Origin: Alphaproteobacteria bacterium
GTDB taxonomy: Bacteria; Pseudomonadota; Alphaproteobacteria; UBA828
Direction: 5' to 3'
Length of the DNA: 64,000 nt
Assembly (NCBI GenBank): GCA_965214705.1
Contig: CBDCCI010000002.1
Coordinates: 2,496,001 to 2,560,000, forward strand
The position numbers were made by a program, and so were the translations under genes. The notes under the pieces were generated by a model. It had not been told where the DNA came from. It ran no database searches and saw only the letters and a list, made by a program, of their open reading frames with translations. Shown here one piece after another: positions 38,315 through 48,360 of the stretch (position 1 is its first letter; every line of letters starts with the position of its first letter).

Positions 38315-39680
38315 GCGGCGGCCGCACGCCAGCGCGGCATTCGCCGCCTACCAAGCAGGCAAGGCCGGCGAGGCGGAGGCCATCGGACGCGCCATCCTCG
38401 CCCACGACCCGCGCGATGCCGGCGCGCACTATGTCTGCGGCCTCGTCGCCGCCGATCGCGGCGCGCTCGACCGGGCGCGGCAGGCCTTCGAGACCGCCGC
38501 GGCGCTGGCGCCCGACAAGGCGAGCCTGCGCATCACCCTCGGCAATCTCGCGCTCCGACAGGGCGACGACGAGGCGGCAGAGCGGGCCTTCCGCCAGGCG
38601 CTCGCGCAGGCGCCGGGCTCGGTGGCCGCTCATACCAATCTCGGCGCTGCGCTGAAGCGGCAGGGGCGGCTGGAAGAGGCCGTGCAATGCTACCGCGCGG
38701 GGCTCGCGCTCTATCGCGGCTCCGCCTGGTGGGGCACCGACCCCGCTTCGAGCAATGCAGTAATCGACCCCGCCCAGCGGGCAACCTTCGAGAACGCATC
38801 ACGGATCAAGCTCGAACACAACCTCGCGCAGCTCGACTATCTGCTGGAGCGAGGCCGGCTCCCACCCTCGCTTGCCGAGGCGCGCGAGAGCCTGCGCCGG
38901 GTGCTCGCCAGTTTCGGCAACGAAGACCGGCCGAGCGCGCCACGCCCGCTCACGGAGGCCGAGCGACGGCTGATCGGCCCGGTCTACAACCGGGTGATCT
39001 ATCGCCCGCCGGAGGAGGCCATAGCGCCCGCGCTCAACCCCCGCCTTGATGCGGGCGCGATCGAGCGGCGCTATCACGAGACTGCGCCCTCCGTCGTCGT
39101 CGTGGATGACCTGCTCAGTGCGCCGGCCTTGGCCGCCCTCCAACGCTTTTGCCTTGAGGCGACGATCTGGTTCGACTGCAAGGAGCATGGCGGCTATCTC
39201 GGGGCCTATCTGCACGAGGGCTTCGACCACCCGGCGTTGATCGCGCTGGCCCGCGAGCTGGGGGAGCGGCTCGGCGGCATCATCGGCAAGCACCGGCTCG
39301 CCCAGATGTGGGCGTTCAGCTATGGGCAAGCGGGCGGCGGCACGCGCAAGCACGCGGACAAGGCCGCCATCAACATCAACCTCTGGATCACGCCGGACAG
39401 CGCCTGCCCCGACCCCGAAGCGGCCGGCCTCGTCGTGCACGATGTCGCCGCGCCGCCGGATTGGGGCTTTTCAAACTACAATCTGGACCCGGCACCGCTG
39501 GAGCGTCTCGTGGCGCGCGAAGGGCGGGCGCCGGTGCGCGTTCCCTATCGCTGCAACCGGGCGGTGATCTTCGATTCGAGTCTCATTCACGAGAGCGGCG
39601 GGGTGTGCTTCCGGAGCGGCTACGCGAACCGGCGGATCAACGTGACTCTGCTCTTCGGCGAGCGCGCGGAGAACGAGTGA
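38289..39680 (+). CDS. TPR protein fused to a 2OG-Fe(II) oxygenase-like domain
   Basis: TPRs (AHTNLGAALKRQGRLEEAVQCY); C-terminal HAD..NINLW..H(ES)..RRINVTLLF; start approximate. Confidence 0.75.
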   Translation: MTGSSGVSERRPHASAAFAAYQAGKAGEAEAIGRAILAHDPRDAGAHYVCGLVAADRGALDRARQAFETAAALAPDKASLRITLGNLALRQGDDEAAERAFRQALAQAPGSVAAHTNLGAALKRQGRLEEAVQCYRAGLALYRGSAWWGTDPASSNAVIDPAQRATFENASRIKLEHNLAQLDYLLERGRLPPSLAEARESLRRVLASFGNEDRPSAPRPLTEAERRLIGPVYNRVIYRPPEEAIAPALNPRLDAGAIERRYHETAPSVVVVDDLLSAPALAALQRFCLEATIWFDCKEHGGYLGAYLHEGFDHPALIALARELGERLGGIIGKHRLAQMWAFSYGQAGGGTRKHADKAAININLWITPDSACPDPEAAGLVVHDVAAPPDWGFSNYNLDPAPLERLVAREGRAPVRVPYRCNRAVIFDSSLIHESGGVCFRSGYANRRINVTLLFGERAENE

Positions 39681-39684
39681 ACCG

Positions 39685-40020
39685 ATGATCCCGATCACCG
39701 ACGCGCTGATCGACGAGATGGTTCAGGCCATCGTGACCGAGGTCGATCCCGAGCAGGTCATCCTCTTCGGCTCGCGCGCGCGTGGGGAGGAGGGCGAGAG
39801 ATCGGACATCGACCTGATCGTCGTGGAGGCCAAGCCCTTCGGCGCGGCGCGCAGCCGCCACAAGGAGTTGGTCAGGCTTTATCACGCAATCGCGGGGTAT
39901 CCCGTCGCCGCCGACGTTCTCGTCTATTCCCACGAAGACGTGGACTACTGGCGCGACTCTCTCAACCACGTGCTCGCGCGGGCGCTCAGGGAAGGCAAGG
40001 TGCTTTATGAGCGACCCTAA
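39685..40020 (+). CDS. Minimal nucleotidyltransferase (MNT) antitoxin
   Basis: LFGSRARG..SDIDLIVV..EGKVLYE. Confidence 0.92.
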   Translation: MIPITDALIDEMVQAIVTEVDPEQVILFGSRARGEEGERSDIDLIVVEAKPFGAARSRHKELVRLYHAIAGYPVAADVLVYSHEDVDYWRDSLNHVLARALREGKVLYERP

Positions 40021-40396
40021 GTGTGCGCGGATGCTCGTGAACGCGGCCGAACGCGACATCGAGGCGCTTCGTGTCATGCGCCGTTCGGACGCAATCCCCG
40101 CGGAGATATTCGGTTTCCACGTACAACAAGGAGCCGAAAAGCTGCTCAAGGCCTGGATCGCGCTCCTGGGCGACAGCTATCCACTCACCCACAGCATCGA
40201 GACGCTACTGGAGCTCCTCGCCGATCGGGGCGCTGCGACCGAGCCTTTCAACGATCTCGCTGCCTACACGCCCTATGCGGTCGAGTTTCGCTACGCGGGC
40301 GTCGGCGCGAATGCCGAGCCCATCGACCGGGGCCGCGCGCTCACGCTCGTTGAAGCGCTCTTGGAGGCGGTCCGGGATCAACTGCCTGAGGAATAG
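40007..40396 (+). CDS. HEPN domain protein
   Basis: FHVQQGAEKLLKA..THSI..YAVEFRY; overlaps the MNT gene. Confidence 0.9.
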   Translation: MSDPKCARMLVNAAERDIEALRVMRRSDAIPAEIFGFHVQQGAEKLLKAWIALLGDSYPLTHSIETLLELLADRGAATEPFNDLAAYTPYAVEFRYAGVGANAEPIDRGRALTLVEALLEAVRDQLPEE

Positions 40397-40449
40397 GATC
40401 GTGACGGACGGCAAATCCGTCTTCGTCGGACGAGCAACGGAGTGAACGA

Positions 40450-41859
40450 ATGCTTAGCCACTGGCTGACCGAAGCCGGCCTTTCCACGGACGACGCGGCA
40501 CCGGCCCTCGAAGGCGATGCGCGCGCGGACGTTTGCATCATCGGCGGCGGCTTTTGCGGGCTGTGGACGGCGATCCGCCTGAAGCAGCGCGACCCCTCCA
40601 TCGACATCGCCATCGTCGAGCAGGGCCTGTGCGGCAGCGGCGCGAGCGGGCGCAACGGCGGCTTTGTGCTGAGCTGGTGGGCCAAGTTCGGCTCCCTCTG
40701 CAAGATCTGTCCCTCGGACGAGGCGGTGCGGCTCGCACGCGCCTCGGCCAATGCCGTCGGCGAGATCGGCCAGTTCTGCGCCGACAACGGGATCGACGCG
40801 CACTATCGCGGCGACGGCTGGCTCTGGGCTGCGACCAGCGCGCCGCAGGTCGGCTCGTGGGACGCCCTGGTCGACACCCTGGAGCGCTACCAGGAGCATC
40901 CCTTCGAGCTCTGGGAGCCGGAGACGGTCAAGCGCCGGTCGGGCACCGACAGGCACATCGCCGGCGTCTACGAGCCGACCGGCGCCACCGTGCAGCCGGC
41001 CATGCTGGCGCATGGGCTCAGGCGCACGGCGCTCTCGCTGGGCGTGCGCATCTACGAGCAGACGCCGATGATGAGCCTCCACCGCGGCCGCCCGCCGCGC
41101 GTGGTCACGCCCAGGGGCATCGTGACGGCGGAAAAGGTGGTCATCGCCATGAACGCCTGGTCCACGATGTTCTCGGAGTTGCGACGGACCGTCGTCGTGA
41201 TTGCCAGCGACATCGTGGCAACCCGGCCGATGCCCGAACGCCTCGCCGCTTCGGGCTACAGCGGCGGCATGTGCATCTCCGATTCCCGGACCCTGGTGAA
41301 CTATTACCGGCCGACCATGGACGGTCGCTTCGTCTTCGGCATGGGCGGCGGGCGGCTCTCTTTCGGCAATCGGGTCGATGACCGCTTCAACGGTGCCTCG
41401 CCGCGCTCACGCGAGGTCGAGGAAAACTTCCGCCGGATTTACCCCAACTTCAAGGACGCGCCGATCGCGACGAGCTGGACCGGGCCGGTCGACCGATCCC
41501 TCAGTGGGCTGCCTTTCTTCGGCCGCCTCGACGGCCGCGACGACCTGCTTTACGGCCTCGGCTTCTCCGGCAACGGCGTGGGACCCACCTCCGTCGGCGG
41601 GCGCATCCTCGCGTCCCTCGCCCTTGGGACGAAGGACGAATGGTCGGAGTGCAGTCTGGTGCGCGAGGGCGTGGGGCTCTTCCCCCGCGAGCCGGTGCGC
41701 TACGTCGGCGGCCGCATGGTGATCGCGGCGAACCGGCGCAAGGAGCGGTTCGAGGACGAAGGCCGCACGCCGGGCCCGCTGACGGCCAAGCTCGCCGGTC
41801 TCGCGCCGGCCGGCCTCGTACCGGTGAAGGGAGTCGATGCGCCGGCAGCGAAGGCCTGA
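40450..41859 (+). CDS. FAD-dependent oxidoreductase (DAO/PuuB-like)
   Basis: IIGGGFCGLW, GASGRNGG, GFSGNGV. Confidence 0.9.
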   Translation: MLSHWLTEAGLSTDDAAPALEGDARADVCIIGGGFCGLWTAIRLKQRDPSIDIAIVEQGLCGSGASGRNGGFVLSWWAKFGSLCKICPSDEAVRLARASANAVGEIGQFCADNGIDAHYRGDGWLWAATSAPQVGSWDALVDTLERYQEHPFELWEPETVKRRSGTDRHIAGVYEPTGATVQPAMLAHGLRRTALSLGVRIYEQTPMMSLHRGRPPRVVTPRGIVTAEKVVIAMNAWSTMFSELRRTVVVIASDIVATRPMPERLAASGYSGGMCISDSRTLVNYYRPTMDGRFVFGMGGGRLSFGNRVDDRFNGASPRSREVEENFRRIYPNFKDAPIATSWTGPVDRSLSGLPFFGRLDGRDDLLYGLGFSGNGVGPTSVGGRILASLALGTKDEWSECSLVREGVGLFPREPVRYVGGRMVIAANRRKERFEDEGRTPGPLTAKLAGLAPAGLVPVKGVDAPAAKA

Positions 41860-41862
41860 GGC

Positions 41863-42816
41863 GTGCACACTGGGCCGACGCCGCAGCTAGGGACCCTCAC
41901 CGCCCACGACGGCTTCCCGCTCCGCACAGTGGTCTGGCCCGCGCCACCCGGTGGCGGGCGGGGAACGGTGGTACTGCTGCAGGGCAGAGCCGAGTTCATC
42001 GAAAAGTACGGCGAGACCGTGGATGACATCTTGGCCCGCGGCTTCGCCGTCTACGCGCTGGACTGGCGGGGCCAAGGCCGCTCCGGCCGGGTGCTGAAGG
42101 ATCCGCGCAAGGGTCACGTTGTAAAATACGACGACTATCTCAAGGACTTCGACCTGTTCCTGGAGCGGCTGGTCGTCCCCGAAGCCCCGCGGCCCATCGT
42201 GGTGCTGGCCCATTCCATGGGCGGCCACATCGTGCTCCGTCACCGGGCCGAGCACGATGCCCGCGCCGGGCCCTATTTTGCTCAAGGCATCGCCCTCTCC
42301 GCCCCCATGGTGGACATCCTGATGACCCCCGCCGAGCGGGCTCTGGGCGCAGTGCTCATGATTGCCGCCATGAGCGTCGGCCTGAGGAACCAGTACGTGC
42401 CGGTGCGCGGGACCTTCCCGCCGCCCTACGACGGTAATCCGCTGACCCGCGACCGCGCACGGTACGAGCGCATGGAGACGCTGATGCGCGAGAACCCGGC
42501 GCTCGCTATCGGCTGGCCGACGGTGGGCTGGCTCGCCGCCACTCGGCGCTCGGTCGCGATCCTGCGCAGCCGGGGCTATCCCGAGCGGGTCGCGACGCCG
42601 GTGCTGATGATCAGCGCCGAGGCCGACAGGGTCGTTTCAAATGGGGCCCAGAAGCACATCGCCGCGCGGCTTCCCGACTGCCGCCTGGAGATCATACCCG
42701 ATTCCCGCCACGAGCCCCTGATGGAGACGGACGAGGTCAGGGCGCAGGTCTTCGCCCTCTTCGATGCCTTCGTGGAGAGAGTTCTCGGGAGCGGGGCTCA
42801 GTCTCCCAGCCGGTAG
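41863..42816 (+). CDS. Alpha/beta hydrolase (lysophospholipase PldB-like)
   Basis: GRAEFIEKY, DWRGQGRS, AHSMGG, RHE. Confidence 0.9.
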   Translation: MHTGPTPQLGTLTAHDGFPLRTVVWPAPPGGGRGTVVLLQGRAEFIEKYGETVDDILARGFAVYALDWRGQGRSGRVLKDPRKGHVVKYDDYLKDFDLFLERLVVPEAPRPIVVLAHSMGGHIVLRHRAEHDARAGPYFAQGIALSAPMVDILMTPAERALGAVLMIAAMSVGLRNQYVPVRGTFPPPYDGNPLTRDRARYERMETLMRENPALAIGWPTVGWLAATRRSVAILRSRGYPERVATPVLMISAEADRVVSNGAQKHIAARLPDCRLEIIPDSRHEPLMETDEVRAQVFALFDAFVERVLGSGAQSPSR

Positions 42817-43706
42817 AAGCGCACCGCGTTGTCGTGGAAGAGCGCGCGCTGCTCGGCGGGCGTGAGGTCGGCGACAATGGTCTTGAACGAATCGTAAATG
42901 GCGCCGGCGCCGCCGTGCAGCGCGGCCACCGGAAAATCGCTCGCGAACATGCAGCGCTCGGTGCCGAAGGCGTCGATGGTGTGGCAGATGAAGGGGCGCG
43001 TGCTCTCGGTCGTCCAATCGTGGTCATAGGCGCCGAGGTCGGAGATCTTGACTGCGACGTTGGCGGCGCCGGCCAGCGCGCTCATGCCTGAACGCCAGGC
43101 GGCGATGGCCTCGTCGTCCCGGTCGGCGGGGCTGCCGGTGTGGTTGAGGATGATCTGCGTGTCCGGGAAGGCCCGGGCGAGGTCCAGCGCGTTGTCAAGC
43201 TGGCCGGAGTAGATCATCATGTCGAAGGAGAGATCGAACTTCCGAAGCAGGCCGAAGCCCCTCCGCCACGCCGCGTCCTGCATCAAGTCCGAGCGCTCGT
43301 GGAAGGTCCAGGCCGGGTTCTCGTGCCAGCTCAGGATCTGGCGGATGCCGCGCATGTTGGGATGCGCACAGTGGGCCTCCAGCACCGCCTCGGCATCCGG
43401 CTCCTCCAGCAGGGCGTAGGCGACGATGCCGTGGGGAAAGCCGTTCTCGTCGGCGATGCCTTGCAGCCAACGCGTCTCGGCCACCGGGTCTTCGAAAAAG
43501 CTCGCCTGGATGTGGACGGACTTGACCAGCCCGATGCCGGCCATGTCGGCGAGATAGTCGGCGAGAAAGTAATCGCGGATGAGCGGCGCGGTGCTGCCGA
43601 ACACCACCTCACGCGGGCCGTCGGTGAGCCACGTGTAGCGGCCGGAGTCGAGCTCCCAGAGATGGTGGTGGGCGTCAATGATCGGCCCGTCGTAGAGGCT
43701 GCTCAT
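42798..43706 (-). CDS. Amidohydrolase_2 family protein (lactonase-like)
   Basis: IIDAHHHLW, ILNHTG, VKIS, MFASDFPV. Confidence 0.9.
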   Translation of the reverse strand: MSSLYDGPIIDAHHHLWELDSGRYTWLTDGPREVVFGSTAPLIRDYFLADYLADMAGIGLVKSVHIQASFFEDPVAETRWLQGIADENGFPHGIVAYALLEEPDAEAVLEAHCAHPNMRGIRQILSWHENPAWTFHERSDLMQDAAWRRGFGLLRKFDLSFDMMIYSGQLDNALDLARAFPDTQIILNHTGSPADRDDEAIAAWRSGMSALAGAANVAVKISDLGAYDHDWTTESTRPFICHTIDAFGTERCMFASDFPVAALHGGAGAIYDSFKTIVADLTPAEQRALFHDNAVRFYRLGD

Positions 43707-43764
43707 GGCGTGCTCCGCTCGCTGGTGTGTGCGCCGGCGATGGCCGCACACGGTTGCCGTCAAG

Positions 43765-44235
43765 TCAAGACGCGGGCGGGCCACGCATGAGAATGTGAAC
43801 GATCTCGTAGCTCAGCACCGGCTCGTTCCGCTGGTTGCGGACGTCGTAGGCCATGCGCACGTAGCCGCGGTCGGGCTTCGAGCGCGAGGGGCGGGCTTCG
43901 GCGACGGTCGCGATGGCGTGGATGGTATCGCCCGGCCGCGCCGGCCGGTGAAAACGGACGTTATCGATCCCCGGCCCGCCGATACAGGCCTCGTTGATCA
44001 CGCCAAGCTCGTAGAAGAGGCGGAAGCCCAGCGCCATGGTCTGGAAGCCGCTGGCGATCAGACCGCCGTAGGGGCCCTCGGCCGCGCCCTCGGCATCGAC
44101 GTGGATCGGCTGCGGGTCGAACTGGCGCGCGAAGGCGACGATCTCCGCCTCGTCGAGGGTCAACGTGCCCGTGACGAAGCGCTCGCCTTCCTTCAACTCG
44201 TCGAAGTAGCGCGCAGCCGCGCGGGTCGCGCTCAC
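43765..44235 (-). CDS. MaoC-family dehydratase
   Basis: FARQFDPQPIH..GGLIASG..RPGD. Confidence 0.9.
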   Translation of the reverse strand: MSATRAAARYFDELKEGERFVTGTLTLDEAEIVAFARQFDPQPIHVDAEGAAEGPYGGLIASGFQTMALGFRLFYELGVINEACIGGPGIDNVRFHRPARPGDTIHAIATVAEARPSRSKPDRGYVRMAYDVRNQRNEPVLSYEIVHILMRGPPAS

Positions 44236-45389
44236 AGCGTCGGGTTGTCGATCTCGAGCCCGTAGAGCATCCGCCCGTAGGTCGTGAAGTTCACGTCCTT
44301 GCTCTGGGTGAAGTGCTGGTTGGCGACCAGCATGTCAGTATAGAGGTTGCCGAGGGAGCTTCGGGTGTAGACGCTGGCGGCGCCGGAAAGGTCCCAGATG
44401 GCGCGCGCGGCGTCCATGGCGATGTTGCCGGCGTAGGTCGCGAGGGCGCGGCAGCGGGCGCGTTCCTCGAGATTCGGCACGCGGCCCTCCTCGACGGCGA
44501 TGGCGCTGATCTCGTCGGCCGCAACCCTCAGCAGCTGCTTGGCCCCGTCGACCGCGCACTTCGATTCGGCGAAGCGGATGTGCTGCGAGGCGAAGGCGGA
44601 GACCTGCTTCTCCGCCATGATCGAGCCCTTCTTGCGCGCGATCTCGTTGTACTCCGCCACCATCTCCTGCGCGATGCCGACCGCACCGCTGGTGATGCCG
44701 CAGCCGAAGATCGGATAGCTGGGAAGCAGGTAGAGCGGCGTCTCGCGCCAATGGCCGCCGGGGGACTCGCCGCCGCGTAGCGCCTCCATCGAGAGCACCC
44801 GGTGCTCCGGCACGAAGAACTCCTTGAGCTGCACGTCGTTGGTGCCGCTGCCGCGCAGGCCCAGCGCGTGCCAGGTGTCGAGGATTTCGATTTCCTCGCG
44901 CTTGATGAGGAAGTGCAGGTGACTGTCGTGCTCGCCCACCCTGCCTTCCTCGTAGGCTGAGACGATGCACCAGTCGCAGGTGTCCACGCCGGTGACGAAG
45001 GGCCAGCGGCCACTCACCCGGTAGCCGCCGTCGGCCCGCACGTAGCGGCCCAGGCTCTGGATCAGGATGCCGGCGACCAAGGCCTTGGGATCGTCGCCCC
45101 AGACCTCGTCCTGCCCCTCCCGCGGCCACTGGGCCACCATGAAGGGATGAACGACGTATTGCACGACCGCCCAACCGGTCGAGCCGCAGGCCGCACCGAT
45201 CTGGGAGACGGCCTCGACGATGTCGCGCAGCGGTCCGCCGGCCCCGCCGTAGGCCGGAGGCTGCAGCAGACGTGCGACGTCCGATTCCCGAACCATCTCC
45301 CTGATCTCGGGCAGGACCGTGCGGTTCTCGCGGGTCTCGTCCCGCCGGTCGCGCAGGGCGGGCAACAGGGCATCGAGATCGGCGCGCAT
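44232..45389 (-). CDS. Flavin-dependent monooxygenase, acyl-CoA dehydrogenase fold (HsaA/HpaH-like oxygenase)
   Basis: LLQPPAYGG, CGSTGW, SGRWPFVTG, TWHALGLRGSGT, FFVPEHR. Confidence 0.85.
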   Translation of the reverse strand: MRADLDALLPALRDRRDETRENRTVLPEIREMVRESDVARLLQPPAYGGAGGPLRDIVEAVSQIGAACGSTGWAVVQYVVHPFMVAQWPREGQDEVWGDDPKALVAGILIQSLGRYVRADGGYRVSGRWPFVTGVDTCDWCIVSAYEEGRVGEHDSHLHFLIKREEIEILDTWHALGLRGSGTNDVQLKEFFVPEHRVLSMEALRGGESPGGHWRETPLYLLPSYPIFGCGITSGAVGIAQEMVAEYNEIARKKGSIMAEKQVSAFASQHIRFAESKCAVDGAKQLLRVAADEISAIAVEEGRVPNLEERARCRALATYAGNIAMDAARAIWDLSGAASVYTRSSLGNLYTDMLVANQHFTQSKDVNFTTYGRMLYGLEIDNPTL

Positions 45390-45570
45390 GGCTTCCTTTC
45401 CGTGCTCCGCGATGATGGTGAGGGTGAGTCCCCCGCCTGCCAGAGGCCCCGGCGGGGCGCATCATGGCCGCGCCGGACGGTGGGGACAAGACTGGCACGG
45501 TCCCCTAGCCAACACATGCAGCCCGATGTCGGGACGGATTGACCGGCGACCCACGCACAACACGGGCTTA

Positions 45571-45609
45571 GCTTGGACCAAGCCTTGACCAAGCACGTAG
45601 TGGCCACTA
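45571..45609 (+). promoter_or_regulatory. Probable TA autoregulatory operator/promoter
   Basis: Palindromes GCTTGG-A-CCAAGC (45571-45583) and TAGTGGCCACTA (45598-45609) flank TTGACC. Confidence 0.5.
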
Positions 45610-45653
45610 TGTGTTGGTGCTCGAAAACGGTAACACTGCTGCAGGAGAGCATC

Positions 45654-45887
45654 ATGCCTCAGACAGTCAACGTCGGAGACGCCAAGGCACGGTTGTCGCA
45701 CCTGATCGCGCGTGCCGAGGCTGGCGAGGACGTCATCATCGCGCGCGACGGCGTTCCTGCAGCGCGCATCGTGCCCTTAGAGCGACCCGTTGGCGCAACC
45801 ATTGAACTCATGCGGCAAGAACGAGCGCAACGGCCGCCCGTCCCCGCCGCGGACATTCGAGCCGCCAAGGAGCAGGGCCGGGCCTGA
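45654..45887 (+). CDS. Phd/YefM-family antitoxin (VapB)
   Basis: VNVGDAKARLSHLIARAEAGEDVIIARDGVPAA; SD AGGAG. Confidence 0.92.
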   Translation: MPQTVNVGDAKARLSHLIARAEAGEDVIIARDGVPAARIVPLERPVGATIELMRQERAQRPPVPAADIRAAKEQGRA

Positions 45888-46288
45888 TGGCAATCGTCCT
45901 GGACGTATCCATCGCCGCGGCCTGGTGTTTCCCCGATGAGCATGCCGACGCTGCCGAGCGCTCATTCGACGAGTTGCCGCAGGTTGGCGGCGTGGTTCCG
46001 GGCATCTTTCGATACGAAATTCGGAACGTCTTGGTCGTGAATGAACGCCGCGGCCGCATCGATCAGGCCGGCAGTGCCCGGTTTCTGATGCGCTTGCGAG
46101 ACTTGCGGCTTTTGCAGGACGACGCTCACGACGAGGACACGGTCATGGCACTTGCCCGCAAGCATGGGTTGAGTGCCTACGACGCCGCCTATTTGGAGAC
46201 TGCGCTTCGCCGCGGTGACAGATTGGCGACCCTGGACCGAGACTTGGCGAACGCTGCCACGGCCGAGGGCGTTGCCCTGATCCACTGA
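45887..46288 (+). CDS. PIN-domain VapC toxin
   Basis: VLDVS, YEIRNVL, SAYDAAYL, TLD. Confidence 0.92.
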   Translation: MAIVLDVSIAAAWCFPDEHADAAERSFDELPQVGGVVPGIFRYEIRNVLVVNERRGRIDQAGSARFLMRLRDLRLLQDDAHDEDTVMALARKHGLSAYDAAYLETALRRGDRLATLDRDLANAATAEGVALIH

Positions 46289-46382
46289 ATTTTGAGGGTG
46301 AATTGGCCTAGCGCCGCCTGCGTAACGCTGTACTCTCCCGGCGCGCGGCGGGGGCCGGGCTCGAGACGAAAGGGAGAGCGGC

Positions 46383-47108
46383 ATGGGCAAGACGGCGATC
46401 GTGATCGGTGTGGGTGCGGGCGAAGGGCTGGGCGCGGCGGTCTGCCGCATGGCGGCGAGCGAAGGGCTCCACGTCTTCGTCGGCGGCCGCACCGAGGCCA
46501 AGGTGGCAGCGGTCGCAGACGCGATCCGCGCAGCCGGCGGTGAGGCCACCGCCGTCGTCGCCGACACCACCGACGAAGCCTCGGTCAGCGCCTTCGTCGA
46601 AGCGGCCGAAGCGCAAGGCCCGATCGACCTCGCCGTCTTCAACGCCGGCAACAACATGCCGGGCAACCCGCTCGAAATGGAGGCCGCGTACTTCGAGACC
46701 TGCTGGCGCATCGGCTGCATGGGCGGCTTCCTGTTCAGCCGCGAGGCGTTGCGCCGCATGGTGCCGCGCGGCACGGGCACGCTGTTGCTCACCGGCGCGA
46801 GCGCGTCGATGCGCGGCAAGCCCAATTTCGCCGCCTTTACGTCCGCCAAGGCCGGGCTCCGAGCGCTCGGCCAGAGCCTCGCCCGCGAGTTCGGCCCGCA
46901 GGGCATTCACGTAGGCCACGTCGTGGTCGACGGCGGCATCGACGGTTATCGGCTCAAGACCCGCGCGCCCGACTTCGCCGCACGCATGGGCGAAGGCGGG
47001 CTCATCGGCCTCGACGGGCTCGCGGAGTCCTATCGCTTCCTCTACCGCCAGCCGCGCAACGCGTGGACGCAGGAGCTCGATCTGCGCACCCACAAGGAGC
47101 AGTACTGA
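46383..47108 (+). CDS. SDR oxidoreductase
   Basis: GVGAGEGLG, FNAG, TGASASMRG, HVVVDGGI. Confidence 0.9.
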   Translation: MGKTAIVIGVGAGEGLGAAVCRMAASEGLHVFVGGRTEAKVAAVADAIRAAGGEATAVVADTTDEASVSAFVEAAEAQGPIDLAVFNAGNNMPGNPLEMEAAYFETCWRIGCMGGFLFSREALRRMVPRGTGTLLLTGASASMRGKPNFAAFTSAKAGLRALGQSLAREFGPQGIHVGHVVVDGGIDGYRLKTRAPDFAARMGEGGLIGLDGLAESYRFLYRQPRNAWTQELDLRTHKEQY

Positions 47109-47157
47109 GGCCCCGCCGGCGATTGACATGCGGGCCTAAACGCCGCTTTCTGCCGCC

Positions 47158-48360
47158 ATGACCGAGAAGCTGCCGCTTGAGGGCGTCCGCGTCATCGACC
47201 TCGCGACCTTCATCGCGGGGCCGTTCACCGCCGCGTTGCTCAGCGAGTTCGGCGCCGAAGTCATCAAGGTCGAGCAGCCGGGGCTCGGCGACCCGCTGCG
47301 CAAGTTCGGCTCGCCCAGCAAGCGGGGCGACGGCTACGCCTGGCTCTCGGAGCAGCGCAACAAGAAGTCGGTCACCCTCGACCTGCGCCAGCCTGAAGGC
47401 GCGGCGCTCTTCAAGCGGCTGGTCGCCGAGGCTGACATCCTGTGCGAGAATTTCAGGCCGGGCACCATGGAGAAGTGGGGTCTCGGACCGGACGCGCTCA
47501 AGGCCGTCAATCCCGGTCTCGTCATGGTGCGTATCTCGGGCTATGGCCAGAAGGGCCCCTACAAGGACCGTCCCGGCTTTGCCCGCATCGCCCATGCCTT
47601 CGGCGGCCTGACGCACCTCACCGGCGTACCCGGCGGGCCGCCGCTCACGCCGGGCTCCACCTCGCTCGCGGACTACATCTCCGGCCTCTACGGCGCCGTC
47701 GGCGCGCTCATGGCTCTGCGCACTCGCGAAGACGTTGGCGGGCAGGTGATCGACATCGCGCTCTACGAATCGATCTTCCGCGTGCTCGACGAGATGGCAC
47801 CGCTCTATGCCGCCACCGGGTTCGTCCGCCCCAGGCTCGGGCTGATGACCAGCAACGTCTGCCCCCACGGCCATTTCGAGTGTGGCGACGGCGGCTGGGT
47901 CGCGATCGCGTGCACCAGCGACAAGATGTGGCGCCGCATGGCCGCGGTGCTCGGGCGCGAGGAACTGGGCGAGGATGAGCGCTACGCCACCAGCGCCAAG
48001 CGGGTGGAGAACCGGGACGACGTCGAAGGCATGGTCACGGCCTTCACGCTCTCGCTGCCGCGCGACCGGGTGGTGGAGACCTGCAACGCGGGCGGGGTGC
48101 CGACGTCGCCGATCTATTCCATCGCCGACATCTTCGAGGACCCGCATTACCAGGCGCGCGGGACCTTGAGGGGCGTTGTCGAGCCCGAGACCGGCGAGGA
48201 GGTCCACGTGCCGAACGTGCTGCCCGCCATGTCCGAAACGCCGGGGCGGATCGAGAGCCTCGGCCCCAAGCTCGGTGCCCACAACGACGAGGTATACGGC
48301 GGCCTGCTCGGCCTCTCGACGGAAGAACGCAACGCCCTGCGGGAGAAGGGCGTGATCTGA
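47158..48360 (+). CDS. Family III CoA-transferase (CaiB/BaiF)
   Basis: GVRVIDL, GAEVIKVE, RNKKS, ENFRPG, catalytic LAD. Confidence 0.93.
   Translation: MTEKLPLEGVRVIDLATFIAGPFTAALLSEFGAEVIKVEQPGLGDPLRKFGSPSKRGDGYAWLSEQRNKKSVTLDLRQPEGAALFKRLVAEADILCENFRPGTMEKWGLGPDALKAVNPGLVMVRISGYGQKGPYKDRPGFARIAHAFGGLTHLTGVPGGPPLTPGSTSLADYISGLYGAVGALMALRTREDVGGQVIDIALYESIFRVLDEMAPLYAATGFVRPRLGLMTSNVCPHGHFECGDGGWVAIACTSDKMWRRMAAVLGREELGEDERYATSAKRVENRDDVEGMVTAFTLSLPRDRVVETCNAGGVPTSPIYSIADIFEDPHYQARGTLRGVVEPETGEEVHVPNVLPAMSETPGRIESLGPKLGAHNDEVYGGLLGLSTEERNALREKGVI

Noticed and set aside
45492-45509. TGGCACG as a sigma54 promoter (also on the minus strand near 7450)
   Set aside because: No TTGC/GC at the required -12 spacing.
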